Positions 45,501-54,653 of a stretch of DNA of 64,000 nucleotides are shown one piece after another. The notes under the pieces were generated by a model. That model did no database searches, was not told the DNA's origin, and saw nothing but the letters and a program-made list of their open reading frames with translations. Source of the DNA: an uncultured virus (IMG/VR IMGVR_UViG_3300025277_000017) (Duplodnaviria > Heunggongvirae > Uroviricota > Caudoviricetes); IMG/VR virus record IMGVR_UViG_3300025277_000017; one strand, written 5' to 3'. The position numbers and the translations under genes are program-made. The stretch's first letter is position 1. Every line of letters begins with the position of its first letter.

Positions 45501-46008
45501 TATTATCACGCATGTCCAGTACTTCAGGGGACACAACGGTAAAGTCAGTCTTAGGATTCAATCCCTCGTTGGCCATAATTTCATTTATTCCCTGTACAGC
45601 CAGATCAAGCTTCGATTGATCTCCGGTTTCCGTAAATCTTCTCTTCGCGGTATCCGCTATCAAGAGTGCTTGGTCACGCACACGGTCCCTCTTCTCACGG
45701 TACAGTCTAGACTCTTGCAGCTCCGCTTTTCTTTGCGCCACGTCCGCCTTGCTTTGCAGTATCCAGTTGTCCTTTCCGTATCGCCATCCAGTCTTTCCGA
45801 AAGGAATATTCCATGCGGTTCCTAAGGCCGCCATTGGTACATCAGTAAGCTTCTTCTGGAATTCCCTTCCTTTCATTATCTTTTCTTTCGCTTCAGTCTG
45901 TGGAACTCCGCCTTCAGTGGTCTCACCCTTGTATTTCTTGTACGCATTCTTGTGGTCAAGGAAAGGCTTAACTGTTGATTGAAATTTTTGTATTGATGAC
46001 TGTGCCAT
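42589..46008 (-). CDS. Large putative ejected (internal virion) protein
   Basis: 1139 aa, Gly/Ala-rich hydrophobic segments; YAAGGGLM near C-terminus. Confidence 0.7.
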   Translation of the reverse strand: MAQSSIQKFQSTVKPFLDHKNAYKKYKGETTEGGVPQTEAKEKIMKGREFQKKLTDVPMAALGTAWNIPFGKTGWRYGKDNWILQSKADVAQRKAELQESRLYREKRDRVRDQALLIADTAKRRFTETGDQSKLDLAVQGINEIMANEGLNPKTDFTVVSPEVLDMRDNIGLFTNNPNPYPAIEMTGYIGGGIYGSVKGEKLVRDKFFKGAAKGFGKSKGNWLARTAGAVIGGAMAVGVADYGYEGMLDMMNKAGKAKGYMRDPNKQASLVDATLATLVPESWTFGPQGINRPTQKKRLGNALNAAYWDAGLTAGFFALRPAYYGIRKVVGHTPFRMFRQKPSKAPGIVSGKELLEGEQRVLERWMPSQNELDLIATRGLKVPKEQLSFNLPLGLGNFLWRATNSKALNWLGPPGPIKKGSNEWWPDPTEIAGTMVGRQMVGGTLGGKITSMLSPAPLFGISIKNNMAKQSDFYIDGVMRKMIGGFAPYGHLDEMLESWDFLASQNLKGFIAQAKTLEKGFTEAAEGMGKGFSNENLVNVAKQTLREYREKLQLDPGGEIIPSEVRNKLIDFLEKQIIKPVGEGRAHAMLDVHQMKGLREQINDLLAPLKDKVLAKTTYADDISRLMKAWENDVASLEKMGYPDIAKAFDEYDKFVSSGLMLWGTNVGKTAARGEVKQRGFNIILDNSTTRASHTLFDTIINASKAHAIDGKAELAAIRRIVGDRGYHNGLGTYVDDLFNASIVEKEGLQYFDAAGFRAGLGLGKEGSKLKSLFSHALDESPEVTKLRIWEPGVGWTHFDDQVYETGVGKGLKEIFGEELPEGFIRGERTKMPTQKDFDDLSMVLAKLFENGVPSGAKFMMRRAVMGSTRSAVRAFIPGAALGPGAMGKGAAEAGTLIGIGPLMMSAAAFMINYGGKVLTNPVSHRVLKNMVDANLPETIRLANFARLVRMYPEEWIAFDRDLHELEEDQKMFDQSGQRFQQAQTFNEKAKDALLTTGARVGEAVMNPLDTLGAGYDAIKKGADIDPTPSLLSPKIGAPEGAVDYAPEAAGGAYDTSRVGASIMSNPTMNPAAAGALYTGNTDAALAAQYGGGTQYAAGGGLMEMNPVMNNQGKYTDIQTGINDNPFQNAQNKGIMGVL

Positions 46009-47969
46009 TACTGCTCCAATTGCTCCAGAATGTTATTTGTTATGCTTTGGGTACTCTCTTTATTCTCCTGATGGTCCTGCGTTATATTACCCTCTATTGA
46101 AAATCTATAAGAGCCATATAATTCAGCCCCTTCAATATCATGCCTGTAATAGTTTTCTTTATCGTTGTATCTAAGTTGGTAGTACGCCCCTTTGAACTTG
46201 TCAATGCCACTAATCTTAAATGCATCAGGTGCGTGCGTCCATCCACTCTCCTGCGCAAAGTCATAGTCACTGGTGTATTCCGCCCCTTCTAGAGCGCTCA
46301 GCATGTTGTTGTAGAGCTGGTTGTATATGAATGTAAATCCCTCTATAACCTGTTGAGGTGAGGTGTATACTGAATCACCGAATCCAGTCATTTTTGTTTC
46401 AGCGAATGATCTTCTAAGAACGTCCGCCAGCATACGTCCAGTAGGCTGCCTGTCCCTTGCTAACGCCAGTCCAAGTGTAGTCTCGAATGTCATGAGTGCT
46501 GAACGGTCAGGGTTCTCAAGGATCATCTTCATGCTGTCCCACGTCACATATTCCGCCGCTGTTCCTGGATCAATCATTGTTTTACCGTCATCAGAATACC
46601 TAGCGCCTTCATTCTCTCCATATTTATTTGCATGATCCAGCCACACCCCTACTTTTCCGTTTGGAGTGTCCATGAGATAGTCAGCTCGTTCCGGTACTGT
46701 GCTTTCTTTTGCAAAATCACCCACTTGCCTCTCAAAATCTTTCATGTCACCACCGCTTCCTGACGATACAGCGGCATTCATCAGTTGATTAAACAAGTCA
46801 AGCTTAGGTTGAATTATTCTTCCTGCTTCACCAATCGCGCCAAGGACAGTATCCCTATTTTCAATGATGGTAGGCATGATGAAGTCCGCCATTGTATCCA
46901 GTGTACGTTTCAAGTACTTGGCATACTTAAGTTGCTGATCCATTTGTGCTGGTGTCTTGAACGTCGCCTGTCCACCACCACCTGGATCTGAACGTTTAAT
47001 TCCTTCCTTTGTCGCCGTTGTGTCAATGAATGTGAATCGGTCATATCCAAGCTGGCTGTTGATGTCCATGAGGTTTTGAATCTCAGGGCTTTTTCGGTAG
47101 AAAGTCTGCAATCTTTGTTTGTCAATAGGAATAGGGTCGCCATTACGGTCGTATATCATTTCTCCCTTATCATTCTCTTTGTATATATTCTCGTAGACAA
47201 CGGTGAACGGTCCACTACGATCATTCATCTTATCCAGTTCGGACATGTACATGTTAAGGGCTGCGGCTCCTATTTCTCTATCCGCCTTTCCTTTCTCCAC
47301 TCCCATCTGGAATAGCGTTGGTGCCATTTGCATCCCTGCCTGTCCTACGACATCGAAGAATCCTGCCACACCTTGCTGGTCCGTTCTTCCTGACATGAGT
47401 GCCGATCCAACCTGCAACAGCATCGCGAGTGACTGCATCTTCTGTCCCTCGTCGCCGTCACCCATGATCTGCCTTATGACATCCTTGTAACCTTCAATTC
47501 TTTTCAGGCTGTCATTGTCAATGAGTCCCGCATACATGTTTGACTGCTCCAGCAGAGCGGTATTGGTTGTCTCCGAATCCTCTATTGAATCACCTGTAGC
47601 GTTAGACTCTTCATGTGCTTCCGTATCTTCATCAACTATCTTATTCTTTTCCGTCTCAGGAAATGTAAGTAAATCATCTTCAGGAGGTTTTGTTTCTGTT
47701 GGTTTTTCCTCCACTATTTCATCTAGATCCAGCGTCTGCACCCTCTCCGGAATGGTACCATATGCCGCGAGTGGTCCTCCAAGGGCGACTGCCTGCTTGA
47801 ATCTTCCCTGATTGCCTGCAGCGGCGTCCATGTAGTTCTTTGCATAGGGACGTGCCCTTTCCGCCGCACGCGTGGCAAATTCCTGTGCCGTTCCAGTCAT
47901 CCTGTAGGCCGATCTTGCGGCCTTGTTCAATATTGGTTTGAAAAGCGGTCTAAGAAATGGATTGCCCAT
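46008..47969 (-). CDS. Putative ejected protein
   Basis: 653 aa between pilot-like and large internal protein genes. Confidence 0.65.
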   Translation of the reverse strand: MGNPFLRPLFKPILNKAARSAYRMTGTAQEFATRAAERARPYAKNYMDAAAGNQGRFKQAVALGGPLAAYGTIPERVQTLDLDEIVEEKPTETKPPEDDLLTFPETEKNKIVDEDTEAHEESNATGDSIEDSETTNTALLEQSNMYAGLIDNDSLKRIEGYKDVIRQIMGDGDEGQKMQSLAMLLQVGSALMSGRTDQQGVAGFFDVVGQAGMQMAPTLFQMGVEKGKADREIGAAALNMYMSELDKMNDRSGPFTVVYENIYKENDKGEMIYDRNGDPIPIDKQRLQTFYRKSPEIQNLMDINSQLGYDRFTFIDTTATKEGIKRSDPGGGGQATFKTPAQMDQQLKYAKYLKRTLDTMADFIMPTIIENRDTVLGAIGEAGRIIQPKLDLFNQLMNAAVSSGSGGDMKDFERQVGDFAKESTVPERADYLMDTPNGKVGVWLDHANKYGENEGARYSDDGKTMIDPGTAAEYVTWDSMKMILENPDRSALMTFETTLGLALARDRQPTGRMLADVLRRSFAETKMTGFGDSVYTSPQQVIEGFTFIYNQLYNNMLSALEGAEYTSDYDFAQESGWTHAPDAFKISGIDKFKGAYYQLRYNDKENYYRHDIEGAELYGSYRFSIEGNITQDHQENKESTQSITNNILEQLEQ

Positions 47970-47971
47970 TT

Positions 47972-49003
47972 TTAACCTCCTTGCAAGTTCTGATAGCCCT
48001 GATATGCAGCGAGTCCTGTGATTCCGGTTCCAACGGCCTGTGCAAGCGGACTGGTTCCAGGCGATGTTCCCATCGCTGTCGCCATCGCGCTTGAAGGCAT
48101 GCCTTGATAGATGTCGGAAACGAATCCCAATCGCTGGTATGGCTCATACGTTTGCTGTAACTGCTGTCTGTACTGTGCATCCAAGAACTGTTGTTGTGCT
48201 TGTTGCTGCACGGATCCTGATGCCATCAGTGACGCAATGTCTCCCTGTGCCTGTTGCTGCTGTTGTCCCCCTAATCCAGCCATTTGAGTTGCTGCCTGAC
48301 CGTATCTCCCCATTTGTCCTGCAAATTGCTGTTGCGCCTGTTGTTGCGCTTGTCCATAATTCTGTGCCAATGACTGTCCCACTGTCTCTGCCTGCTGTCT
48401 TCCAAGCTCCGCAGCTTGAACTCCTTGCCTTGCTCCGCCAAACGATCCAACCTGTCCTGCCTGTGCGGCGGCCTGATTCTGTAATTTTTGGAACTGGCTT
48501 TCTATTCCAGCAGTGACGTGCTGTTGGTATGGATTCATATAATCCTGATATCCTACTTGGCCTGCCGTCTGCCCCGTTGGGTCATACGCCCCTGTTGCCG
48601 CCTGCGCATATTGTGACGCAGTGTTCAAGTAAGGCTGAAATGCTCCTAGTCCTGTTGTTGCAAGACCGAATGCCTGTGTTTGTTGAGGATTAAATGCTGC
48701 AACTTGCTGCTGTGGAATTTGAACTTGTCCTTCTGCCGCTCTTTGCCCCCTAGTTAGGTCTTCCCATTTAGTTCCTGGTGCATAAGCGCCTCCGGCAGGT
48801 CCTTGATATGTATATTTTCCAAAGTCTGGGTCACCAACCTTTGCTCCAGGGGTGGAAAGTTCCCATGGATTCTGTCCAAAGCGGGCATACTGCTGGGCAG
48901 TGCCCATCAACCCCATCTTCGCCGCTTCTATCTGTGGTGCGTCTCTTGTAAACTGTGTCTGAAATTGTGTGCCACTTGGGCTTTCACCGCCGCCAAAACT
49001 CAT
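47972..49003 (-). CDS. Gln/Gly-rich DNA-transfer (pilot-like) protein
   Basis: YMNPYQQHV, GSFGGARQGV, Q-rich helices. Confidence 0.7.
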   Translation of the reverse strand: MSFGGGESPSGTQFQTQFTRDAPQIEAAKMGLMGTAQQYARFGQNPWELSTPGAKVGDPDFGKYTYQGPAGGAYAPGTKWEDLTRGQRAAEGQVQIPQQQVAAFNPQQTQAFGLATTGLGAFQPYLNTASQYAQAATGAYDPTGQTAGQVGYQDYMNPYQQHVTAGIESQFQKLQNQAAAQAGQVGSFGGARQGVQAAELGRQQAETVGQSLAQNYGQAQQQAQQQFAGQMGRYGQAATQMAGLGGQQQQQAQGDIASLMASGSVQQQAQQQFLDAQYRQQLQQTYEPYQRLGFVSDIYQGMPSSAMATAMGTSPGTSPLAQAVGTGITGLAAYQGYQNLQGG

Positions 49004-49452
49004 AATTTTCTCCTATAAGCGTTCGCAAAATGTTCCATACCTAGGCGTTTTGCCATCGCGTCAAATTTTTTTGTCTCATTGTCCGAAAGGCGTGGCTCGA
49101 AGTACACTTCTTGCGCTCCGTTCATCTTCGCCCAGTCCATAAATTTTCTCATCATAAATATACCTGCCATTCCGTTTCGCTTCGTGGGTTCAACATATAG
49201 TTCAAGCTCCCTTGCAAACTTCTCACGGCTGAAGTTGTATTCCAACAGCCTTCCAACCATGAACCCAATCCTCTCTTCATCCTTCAGTGCAACGATCCCG
49301 AAATAGTTTGGATCATTGGTTGCGGTGTCTATGTATCTCGCCACCTTCTTCTTATCATATTCAACCTCGCTCCAGTCTGACTCCTCATGGTGCTCCTTGG
49401 ATACATACATCATCCACTCGAAGTCGTTAGGTTCCAAGAACCTCCATTCCAT
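49000..49452 (-). CDS. GNAT-fold acetyltransferase-like protein
   Basis: IGFMVG..LYVEPTKRNG..WAKMNGA..RLG. Confidence 0.75.
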   Translation of the reverse strand: MEWRFLEPNDFEWMMYVSKEHHEESDWSEVEYDKKKVARYIDTATNDPNYFGIVALKDEERIGFMVGRLLEYNFSREKFARELELYVEPTKRNGMAGIFMMRKFMDWAKMNGAQEVYFEPRLSDNETKKFDAMAKRLGMEHFANAYRRKL

Positions 49453-49455
49453 TAT

Positions 49456-49833
49456 CTACCCATGGTGCTTCCCGTATTTTTCACGTTTCTCCTTGGTTTC
49501 TTTTTGTTGCCTCTTCAGGGCTTCTTTTAACTTTTGTTTATCCTCTTTAGACTTGGCTTCTTTTTTAGCTTTAGCCTTTCCAGCTGCATATGCTACACCT
49601 GCAATGATAGCTCCCTTACCAATGTCTCTCGTAGTTTTCTTGATTTCTGGTATTATTGGTCTTGCTTTTTCTGCTATCCTCGTTCCAGCAATTCCTTTAG
49701 GTTGTTTAATTCCTAAAGCTTCACTGGGTTTAATTGCTGGATAAGCTCCTTTTACTCTTTTACCAAGCACTGGTGCTTTTTTTAAATGTTTTTTAAGGAC
49801 TTTTCCCATTCCCCTTAATGCTGCGCCTGCCAT
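49456..49833 (-). CDS. Lys-rich protein
   Basis: 125 aa, GGAGG SD. Confidence 0.75.
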   Translation of the reverse strand: MAGAALRGMGKVLKKHLKKAPVLGKRVKGAYPAIKPSEALGIKQPKGIAGTRIAEKARPIIPEIKKTTRDIGKGAIIAGVAYAAGKAKAKKEAKSKEDKQKLKEALKRQQKETKEKREKYGKHHG

Positions 49834-50921
49834 TATATTACCTCCGACATGGTTTCTGATTCGGGATCGAGTACGTTCATAAGGTCGTACATTTGTCTAG
49901 CCCCTGCGTAGCGATCCCCACCACCCAGGTTTTCGACTGCCTTTGCAGTCATCACGAACTCACCGTCAGACAGGTTCGCATTGATTGAATCCGATGTTCC
50001 AGTTCCCGGTCCACTGACACCGCCGCCATTTTCCAATGACGCTATGCCACCCTTGTTCCAGAATCCGCCACCAGTCGCCCACGGGTTTGTCATTTCCCCT
50101 TCGATCATCTCTTCAGGGACTCCGTACATCCATGCCAGTTCTTTTTTTCTTTTCTTTTGTGACTCTTCCCATTCCTCTTCCGGCGTCATTCTTCCGCCGT
50201 AGAGTGCCGCAGCCTGTGAGGCCGCCGTCGGTAGCCAGTTGGCCACTTGTTCTCCGCCGGTGAACACAGAAGCGCCTGACTGAGGGTCATACACTTGTTT
50301 CAACGGTGTAGTCTTGGAGAATATGTCCGCTCCAGGAAGTTCCCCACCTGTAAGTGCAGTTAAATCTATTGGTTTTTCACCAGGAATAGCGGAAGGTTTG
50401 GTATAACTTCCTTTTAAGACATCCCAAGGGGTCATTTTTTGAAATTCGTAACCCTTTTTTGGAACCATTCCTGTTATATCTTCCCACCTTTTTCCCCCTA
50501 TTCCAGGGGCATAAGGTCCTCCAGCCGCTCCTGACGGCGTTCTAGTTCCCATCCATCTTCGTCCTGTTACTCCCATCTCTTCGGGAATTACATCGGCAAA
50601 TTGCTGGTTGTATGCGTTCGCGCCTTGCGCAGCGCTCATGTAGGAGAACGGAATTGACGCAAGTCCTGCGTACATCGCCGCCTTGCCTGGCCTTTTTGAT
50701 CCGCTCAGCGCCGCCGTTCCGTATCCCATGGCTGACTGCATAAGCATGTTCCTCGCCATGGGGTTCATTCCACTAAACGCACTTCCAAGCCAACCTAACT
50801 TTCCACCTTGGCCCAACAGACTCGCCAATTTAGCGCTTCCCATAATGCCTGATCCAACCATAGGTAGAAGGAATGGCAGAAACGGTTTCGCCTTCTTAAG
50901 TAGTTTGCTTAGGAATCCCAT
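49833..50921 (-). CDS. Putative virion protein with GPGTGTSDSI domain
   Basis: GGVSGPGTGTSDSINANLSDGEFVMTAKAV, a motif seen in phage tail/internal proteins. Confidence 0.75.
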   Translation of the reverse strand: MGFLSKLLKKAKPFLPFLLPMVGSGIMGSAKLASLLGQGGKLGWLGSAFSGMNPMARNMLMQSAMGYGTAALSGSKRPGKAAMYAGLASIPFSYMSAAQGANAYNQQFADVIPEEMGVTGRRWMGTRTPSGAAGGPYAPGIGGKRWEDITGMVPKKGYEFQKMTPWDVLKGSYTKPSAIPGEKPIDLTALTGGELPGADIFSKTTPLKQVYDPQSGASVFTGGEQVANWLPTAASQAAALYGGRMTPEEEWEESQKKRKKELAWMYGVPEEMIEGEMTNPWATGGGFWNKGGIASLENGGGVSGPGTGTSDSINANLSDGEFVMTAKAVENLGGGDRYAGARQMYDLMNVLDPESETMSEVI

Positions 50922-50923
50922 TA

Positions 50924-51511
50924 TTATGATGCCATTAACTGATCAAATATTCTCAACAGTTCATCACCAGCAGGCTGTATTCCAGTACCACCCTGTCCAA
51001 GTGGGTGATTAGGATCATTTAAGTTTTTCCATATCAATTGTATTGTTCTGTTACGGTCTGTCGTGCTCATGTCAGACAGTCCTGCTACATCAAAGGGTCC
51101 ACCCCAAGGTGGCTCGGATGGATCTGGAAATGGTGGTGGAAATGGATCTGGAAATGGTGGTGGAAATGGATCTCCTGGTCTTGGTGGCCATTGAGGTCCT
51201 CCCCACAATCGTGATGTGTTCATTCCACCCAGCATTGCATTAACCATATCATTCGCGCCGGATGCCCCTTGACCTCCGAATATACCACCCATACGATCAC
51301 GTCCTATGTTTGGACTCCCTACAGGTACATTTGTCATTGGTCTTTCAAAGCCTGGTTGATTATATGTTCTGTCACCCATATTCAGGTATGTCGCTGGTTC
51401 CCTTCTTGCTGGTCCCGCACGATCAAATCCTATGTTGGGACGACTGTCGCCCGGCCGTACTCTTTGAGGGACAGAACCTGCCATTCTCATTATTCTATCG
51501 TCATAAACCAT
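50924..51511 (-). CDS. Pro/Gly-rich protein
   Basis: 195 aa; RPNIGFDRAGP; PFPPPFPD repeats. Confidence 0.7.
   Translation of the reverse strand: MVYDDRIMRMAGSVPQRVRPGDSRPNIGFDRAGPARREPATYLNMGDRTYNQPGFERPMTNVPVGSPNIGRDRMGGIFGGQGASGANDMVNAMLGGMNTSRLWGGPQWPPRPGDPFPPPFPDPFPPPFPDPSEPPWGGPFDVAGLSDMSTTDRNRTIQLIWKNLNDPNHPLGQGGTGIQPAGDELLRIFDQLMAS
51119..51173. repeat. 24-bp in-frame tandem repeat
   Basis: TGGATCTGGAAATGGTGGTGGAAA x2 plus partial copy. Confidence 0.85.
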
Positions 51512-51523
51512 TTTGTTTTCTCC

Positions 51524-51775
51524 CTATGATGTTCCGCCGAATATGCCAGGTAACTTGTTCACGCTGATCGCGACGTCCCTCCTTATGTCATTTTCTGTGG
51601 TATCAGTCGCAGGGTTGTTGATGTCGGTTTGCGCATCCTCTTCACTGGCGTAAACCTCCCCTGTTGTGGCGTGCTTGACGGTGGTATTAGTTTCCACGTC
51701 GGGTGCCGTGATTATAGTCTTTCCGGCTGTCACGATTATGTCCTCTTTTATAGTCATTTTTTGTCCTCCTTGCAA
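51524..51775 (-). CDS. Conserved small protein
   Basis: TGEVYASEEDAQTDINNPAT..DIRRDV; start may be 51757. Confidence 0.7.
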   Translation of the reverse strand: MQGGQKMTIKEDIIVTAGKTIITAPDVETNTTVKHATTGEVYASEEDAQTDINNPATDTTENDIRRDVAISVNKLPGIFGGTS

Positions 51776-51787
51776 GAATTATTATTA

Positions 51788-52450
51788 TTATCCAGGGTTC
51801 CCTATCTCAAGTATTGAAAAATGGGAGTGAAGATCATTCGCTGATCCCGGATGAAATGTGATATATTCACTTTCATCCATGACTTGAGGACGCGCACAAA
51901 ACTCGGCAGCTAAACCAGCAGCTACTGTCCCCCCTAAATAAATAAAAGCAGTATCACTTGAATCATTGAATTTTACATAAGTGGTACCCGAGGCGTTGCT
52001 TGTATCATCATTATGAATTAATACCGAACTAACTATGGCCTTCTTGGCCGTCGGAACGGTGTAAACTGTTACCGTATCAGTTGTTGTATAATCATTTCGC
52101 TTGGCGATGAACTTGTTGTTGACTCCCTGGTCCCTTTCCAAAATGGATAAATGCAGTGTTAACCTATTGGAGTCACCGGCGGTGGCTTTGATAATATCCC
52201 CTTCATTTAAAATTAAATTTCTAGCAAAAATGTCCGTTTCCACCAAGGCACTAATTGTTGCTGCAGTTATAACAGAAAACACGTTCGCACTGGAATCCGT
52301 AATTGTGATTGTAAGGGTCGTTGCGTTGTTTGAAGTTTCAGAATACCTGAAACTGTTAAGAAAAGCCGTCTTTTCATCCGGAACCGTATAAAGGGTCGTC
52401 GCGCTCGTTGTTGACAGGTTATATCTTTTTGTTACGTAATTGTGCGCCAT
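51788..52450 (-). CDS. Tail-associated protein with two similar halves
   Basis: YVTKRYNLSTTSATTLYTVP vs FIAKRNDYTTTDTVTVYTVP; both halves end SILE. Confidence 0.75.
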   Translation of the reverse strand: MAHNYVTKRYNLSTTSATTLYTVPDEKTAFLNSFRYSETSNNATTLTITITDSSANVFSVITAATISALVETDIFARNLILNEGDIIKATAGDSNRLTLHLSILERDQGVNNKFIAKRNDYTTTDTVTVYTVPTAKKAIVSSVLIHNDDTSNASGTTYVKFNDSSDTAFIYLGGTVAAGLAAEFCARPQVMDESEYITFHPGSANDLHSHFSILEIGNPG

Positions 52451-52627
52451 CTACTGTCCTATGTACCATGCCAGTCGTTCCTGTTCCTCACGGAGCTGCT
52501 CCGGAGTGTAGGTGGAATTCAGTGCCTTGATTACCTGATCAAGCGCCTCGACCAGTTTGTTGAACTGATCGGGGTCCACCCTGTTCTCATACGACTGCGG
52601 CAGTACTGGTTGATCAATCTTTGACAT
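52451..52627 (-). CDS. Small structural protein (58 aa; not in ORF track)
   Basis: MSKIDQPVLPQSYENRVDPDQFNKLVEALDQVIKALNSTYTPEQLREEQERLAWYIGQ; AGGAG SD. Confidence 0.8.
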   Translation of the reverse strand: MSKIDQPVLPQSYENRVDPDQFNKLVEALDQVIKALNSTYTPEQLREEQERLAWYIGQ

Positions 52628-52766
52628 TGGTAATGTACTCCTTCGCCTTTTCCAGATCCTCGTCCGTCAGGTCCCCTTCGGGCTTGATGATGCGCGCGAC
52701 TTTTATGAGGGTGTCCTGGTTATACATCAGGTAATGTCCTTTCATTGGTTTTTTTTCTATGTCCAT
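52614..52766 (-). CDS. Small protein (50 aa; not in ORF track)
   Basis: MDIEKKPMKGHYLMYNQDTLIKVARIIKPEGDLTDEDLEKAKEYITNVKD; TAATG coupling. Confidence 0.7.
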   Translation of the reverse strand: MDIEKKPMKGHYLMYNQDTLIKVARIIKPEGDLTDEDLEKAKEYITNVKD

Positions 52767-54646
52767 TATCTGCCCCCGTCCGGCCTGACTTCAGCGCGGA
52801 AAGTTCCGAACCTCCAGTCGTCGCCTGTGGCGTCGCTTTCAATCCTGAGAGCGGCCTGTCGTCCCCGTGCGCGTGTGTCAATCTTGTCCGTTGAGGTCGT
52901 AATCTCATACGGTCCGTTTGTCCTTTGGGTTGATGATGGATAGTCGCGAAACTTGAGTGTCAGGTCAACCGATCCCGACAGGTTCTTGAAGTCGGGTATG
53001 AATCTTTTAATCGACATCATTTTTTCGCCGTCCTCAAGATCAACGTCAGCTGACTCTATGTAGGATGTCATCGCGCTGCCGTCGGCGTCCTTCCCGAACT
53101 CATGCTTGTAGAAAAATGTCCTTCCCGCCGTCGCCCCGTACACGGTTGGAATTGGAGTGGTCGTGTCATCCGCGTCGTATTCCGCCGCGTATGGATTATT
53201 GTATGCGCTGCGGTCCGCCCACGCGCTTCTTGCCAGTGAGCCAACGTGCCAGGAATTTTCCTGGTAGTTGTATGTTACCTGCTTGTCCAGCTGCACGGAA
53301 TCACTTGACGGATAGAACCACATCACCTCTCCAAAGTCGGAAAGGGTGGAACAAAATACGTCCTGCTGCGCAATTGGCTCGATGTCATCGAACACATGAT
53401 CCTGCACTGTGCAGTCAAGTTTCTTGACTGCCCCGTCGAACACGAAGAATGATTCCTTACCCATCCAGAACACCCTTCCGCCAATATCAATCGCGGCGTT
53501 CATTCCCACTGCACCGCAATTGTCGGCGATGAGCTTGAAACCAAACGTAAACGGTGGGCCAATGAACTGCATCTGGTAGAGGGAGGTGTCGGTGAAAACA
53601 AGGATTACGCCCCTGCTCCTGACCGCCGCCATGATCTGGCTTCCCCTTGTCAATCGCTGTGAGCCGGCCGTGTTGGTCGCAGTCGGCGTCCACGTGTTGT
53701 TGTTTTCCTGGTCGCACCAGCGTATGAACATGTTGTCCTGCGTTGAGCTGGTCGCGATTGTTGTTTCCGTTCCGAACAGAATGACGTGCCGGTCATCACC
53801 CGAGATCAGCATGATCCTGTTTGTCGTTGGCGCGTTGCTCAGAACCGTTGCCAGGTTGCCGCTGAGTCCTGATGATGTATCCCACGTGTACAGTCCTCCA
53901 TTTAACTGGCACGCTAGGGCGTCCTCGCCCCAGTTGTCCAAACTCCATTTTCCGGATTCAAGAACAGCAGGCGACGCTGTAATATCCTCACGAGAATCGC
54001 CCCATTCAGTCTGGTTCCACACTCCCATGCCCCAGCCATATCCATAGATGGACGTGGCAGGACCGGATCTAATCTTGTATGTCGCCGTCGCCGTCGCGCC
54101 ACTTGCCGTTGACGTTGCCGCCGCAGGCGAAGTGATCGTGAACGTGTTGGCGGTTACAACCGCCGGGCTTGACGTGTCAAGCAATGTAAGTATTTCAAAT
54201 TCGTTCTGCAGGTTGGCCTGCGTAACGCCGCCAACGTCCGCGCTGACACTGGAAATCGTCACGTAGTCCCCAACACGTGCGCCATGGGACCCATCCGTCA
54301 CGGTGATGGTCGTCGATCCACTGGTTGTGTTAAACTGGGTAATGCTTCCTGTTCCACGCGTTGGAGTGGCATCATAGTACTTGTCCGCCAGTATATCCGA
54401 ATAGACGTAGAGCTTCTTGTTGGTTCCGAACATCGTGTACTTGACACCGTCCAGATCAACCCATGTCAAAAGGGCACGCGTCGCCCCTATAAGGGCATCG
54501 CTTGTGATCTTCAGCCATCCGCCAATCTTTTCGGGCAATCCGGAACGAAAGCGGACGTTATCACCGTCTATCCACGTTCCCTCGGCACCGTATTCGGTTC
54601 GCTGCTTGTCGATTCCCGGCCGTATCTGTATCTTGGCTAGTGGCAT
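52766..54646 (-). CDS. Tail hub/nozzle protein (P22 gp10-like)
   Basis: 626 aa beta-propeller-like; NVRFRSGLPEKIGGW, DTRARGRQ, PDGGR. Confidence 0.75.
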   Translation of the reverse strand: MPLAKIQIRPGIDKQRTEYGAEGTWIDGDNVRFRSGLPEKIGGWLKITSDALIGATRALLTWVDLDGVKYTMFGTNKKLYVYSDILADKYYDATPTRGTGSITQFNTTSGSTTITVTDGSHGARVGDYVTISSVSADVGGVTQANLQNEFEILTLLDTSSPAVVTANTFTITSPAAATSTASGATATATYKIRSGPATSIYGYGWGMGVWNQTEWGDSREDITASPAVLESGKWSLDNWGEDALACQLNGGLYTWDTSSGLSGNLATVLSNAPTTNRIMLISGDDRHVILFGTETTIATSSTQDNMFIRWCDQENNNTWTPTATNTAGSQRLTRGSQIMAAVRSRGVILVFTDTSLYQMQFIGPPFTFGFKLIADNCGAVGMNAAIDIGGRVFWMGKESFFVFDGAVKKLDCTVQDHVFDDIEPIAQQDVFCSTLSDFGEVMWFYPSSDSVQLDKQVTYNYQENSWHVGSLARSAWADRSAYNNPYAAEYDADDTTTPIPTVYGATAGRTFFYKHEFGKDADGSAMTSYIESADVDLEDGEKMMSIKRFIPDFKNLSGSVDLTLKFRDYPSSTQRTNGPYEITTSTDKIDTRARGRQAALRIESDATGDDWRFGTFRAEVRPDGGR

Positions 54647-54653
54647 TTAACTC

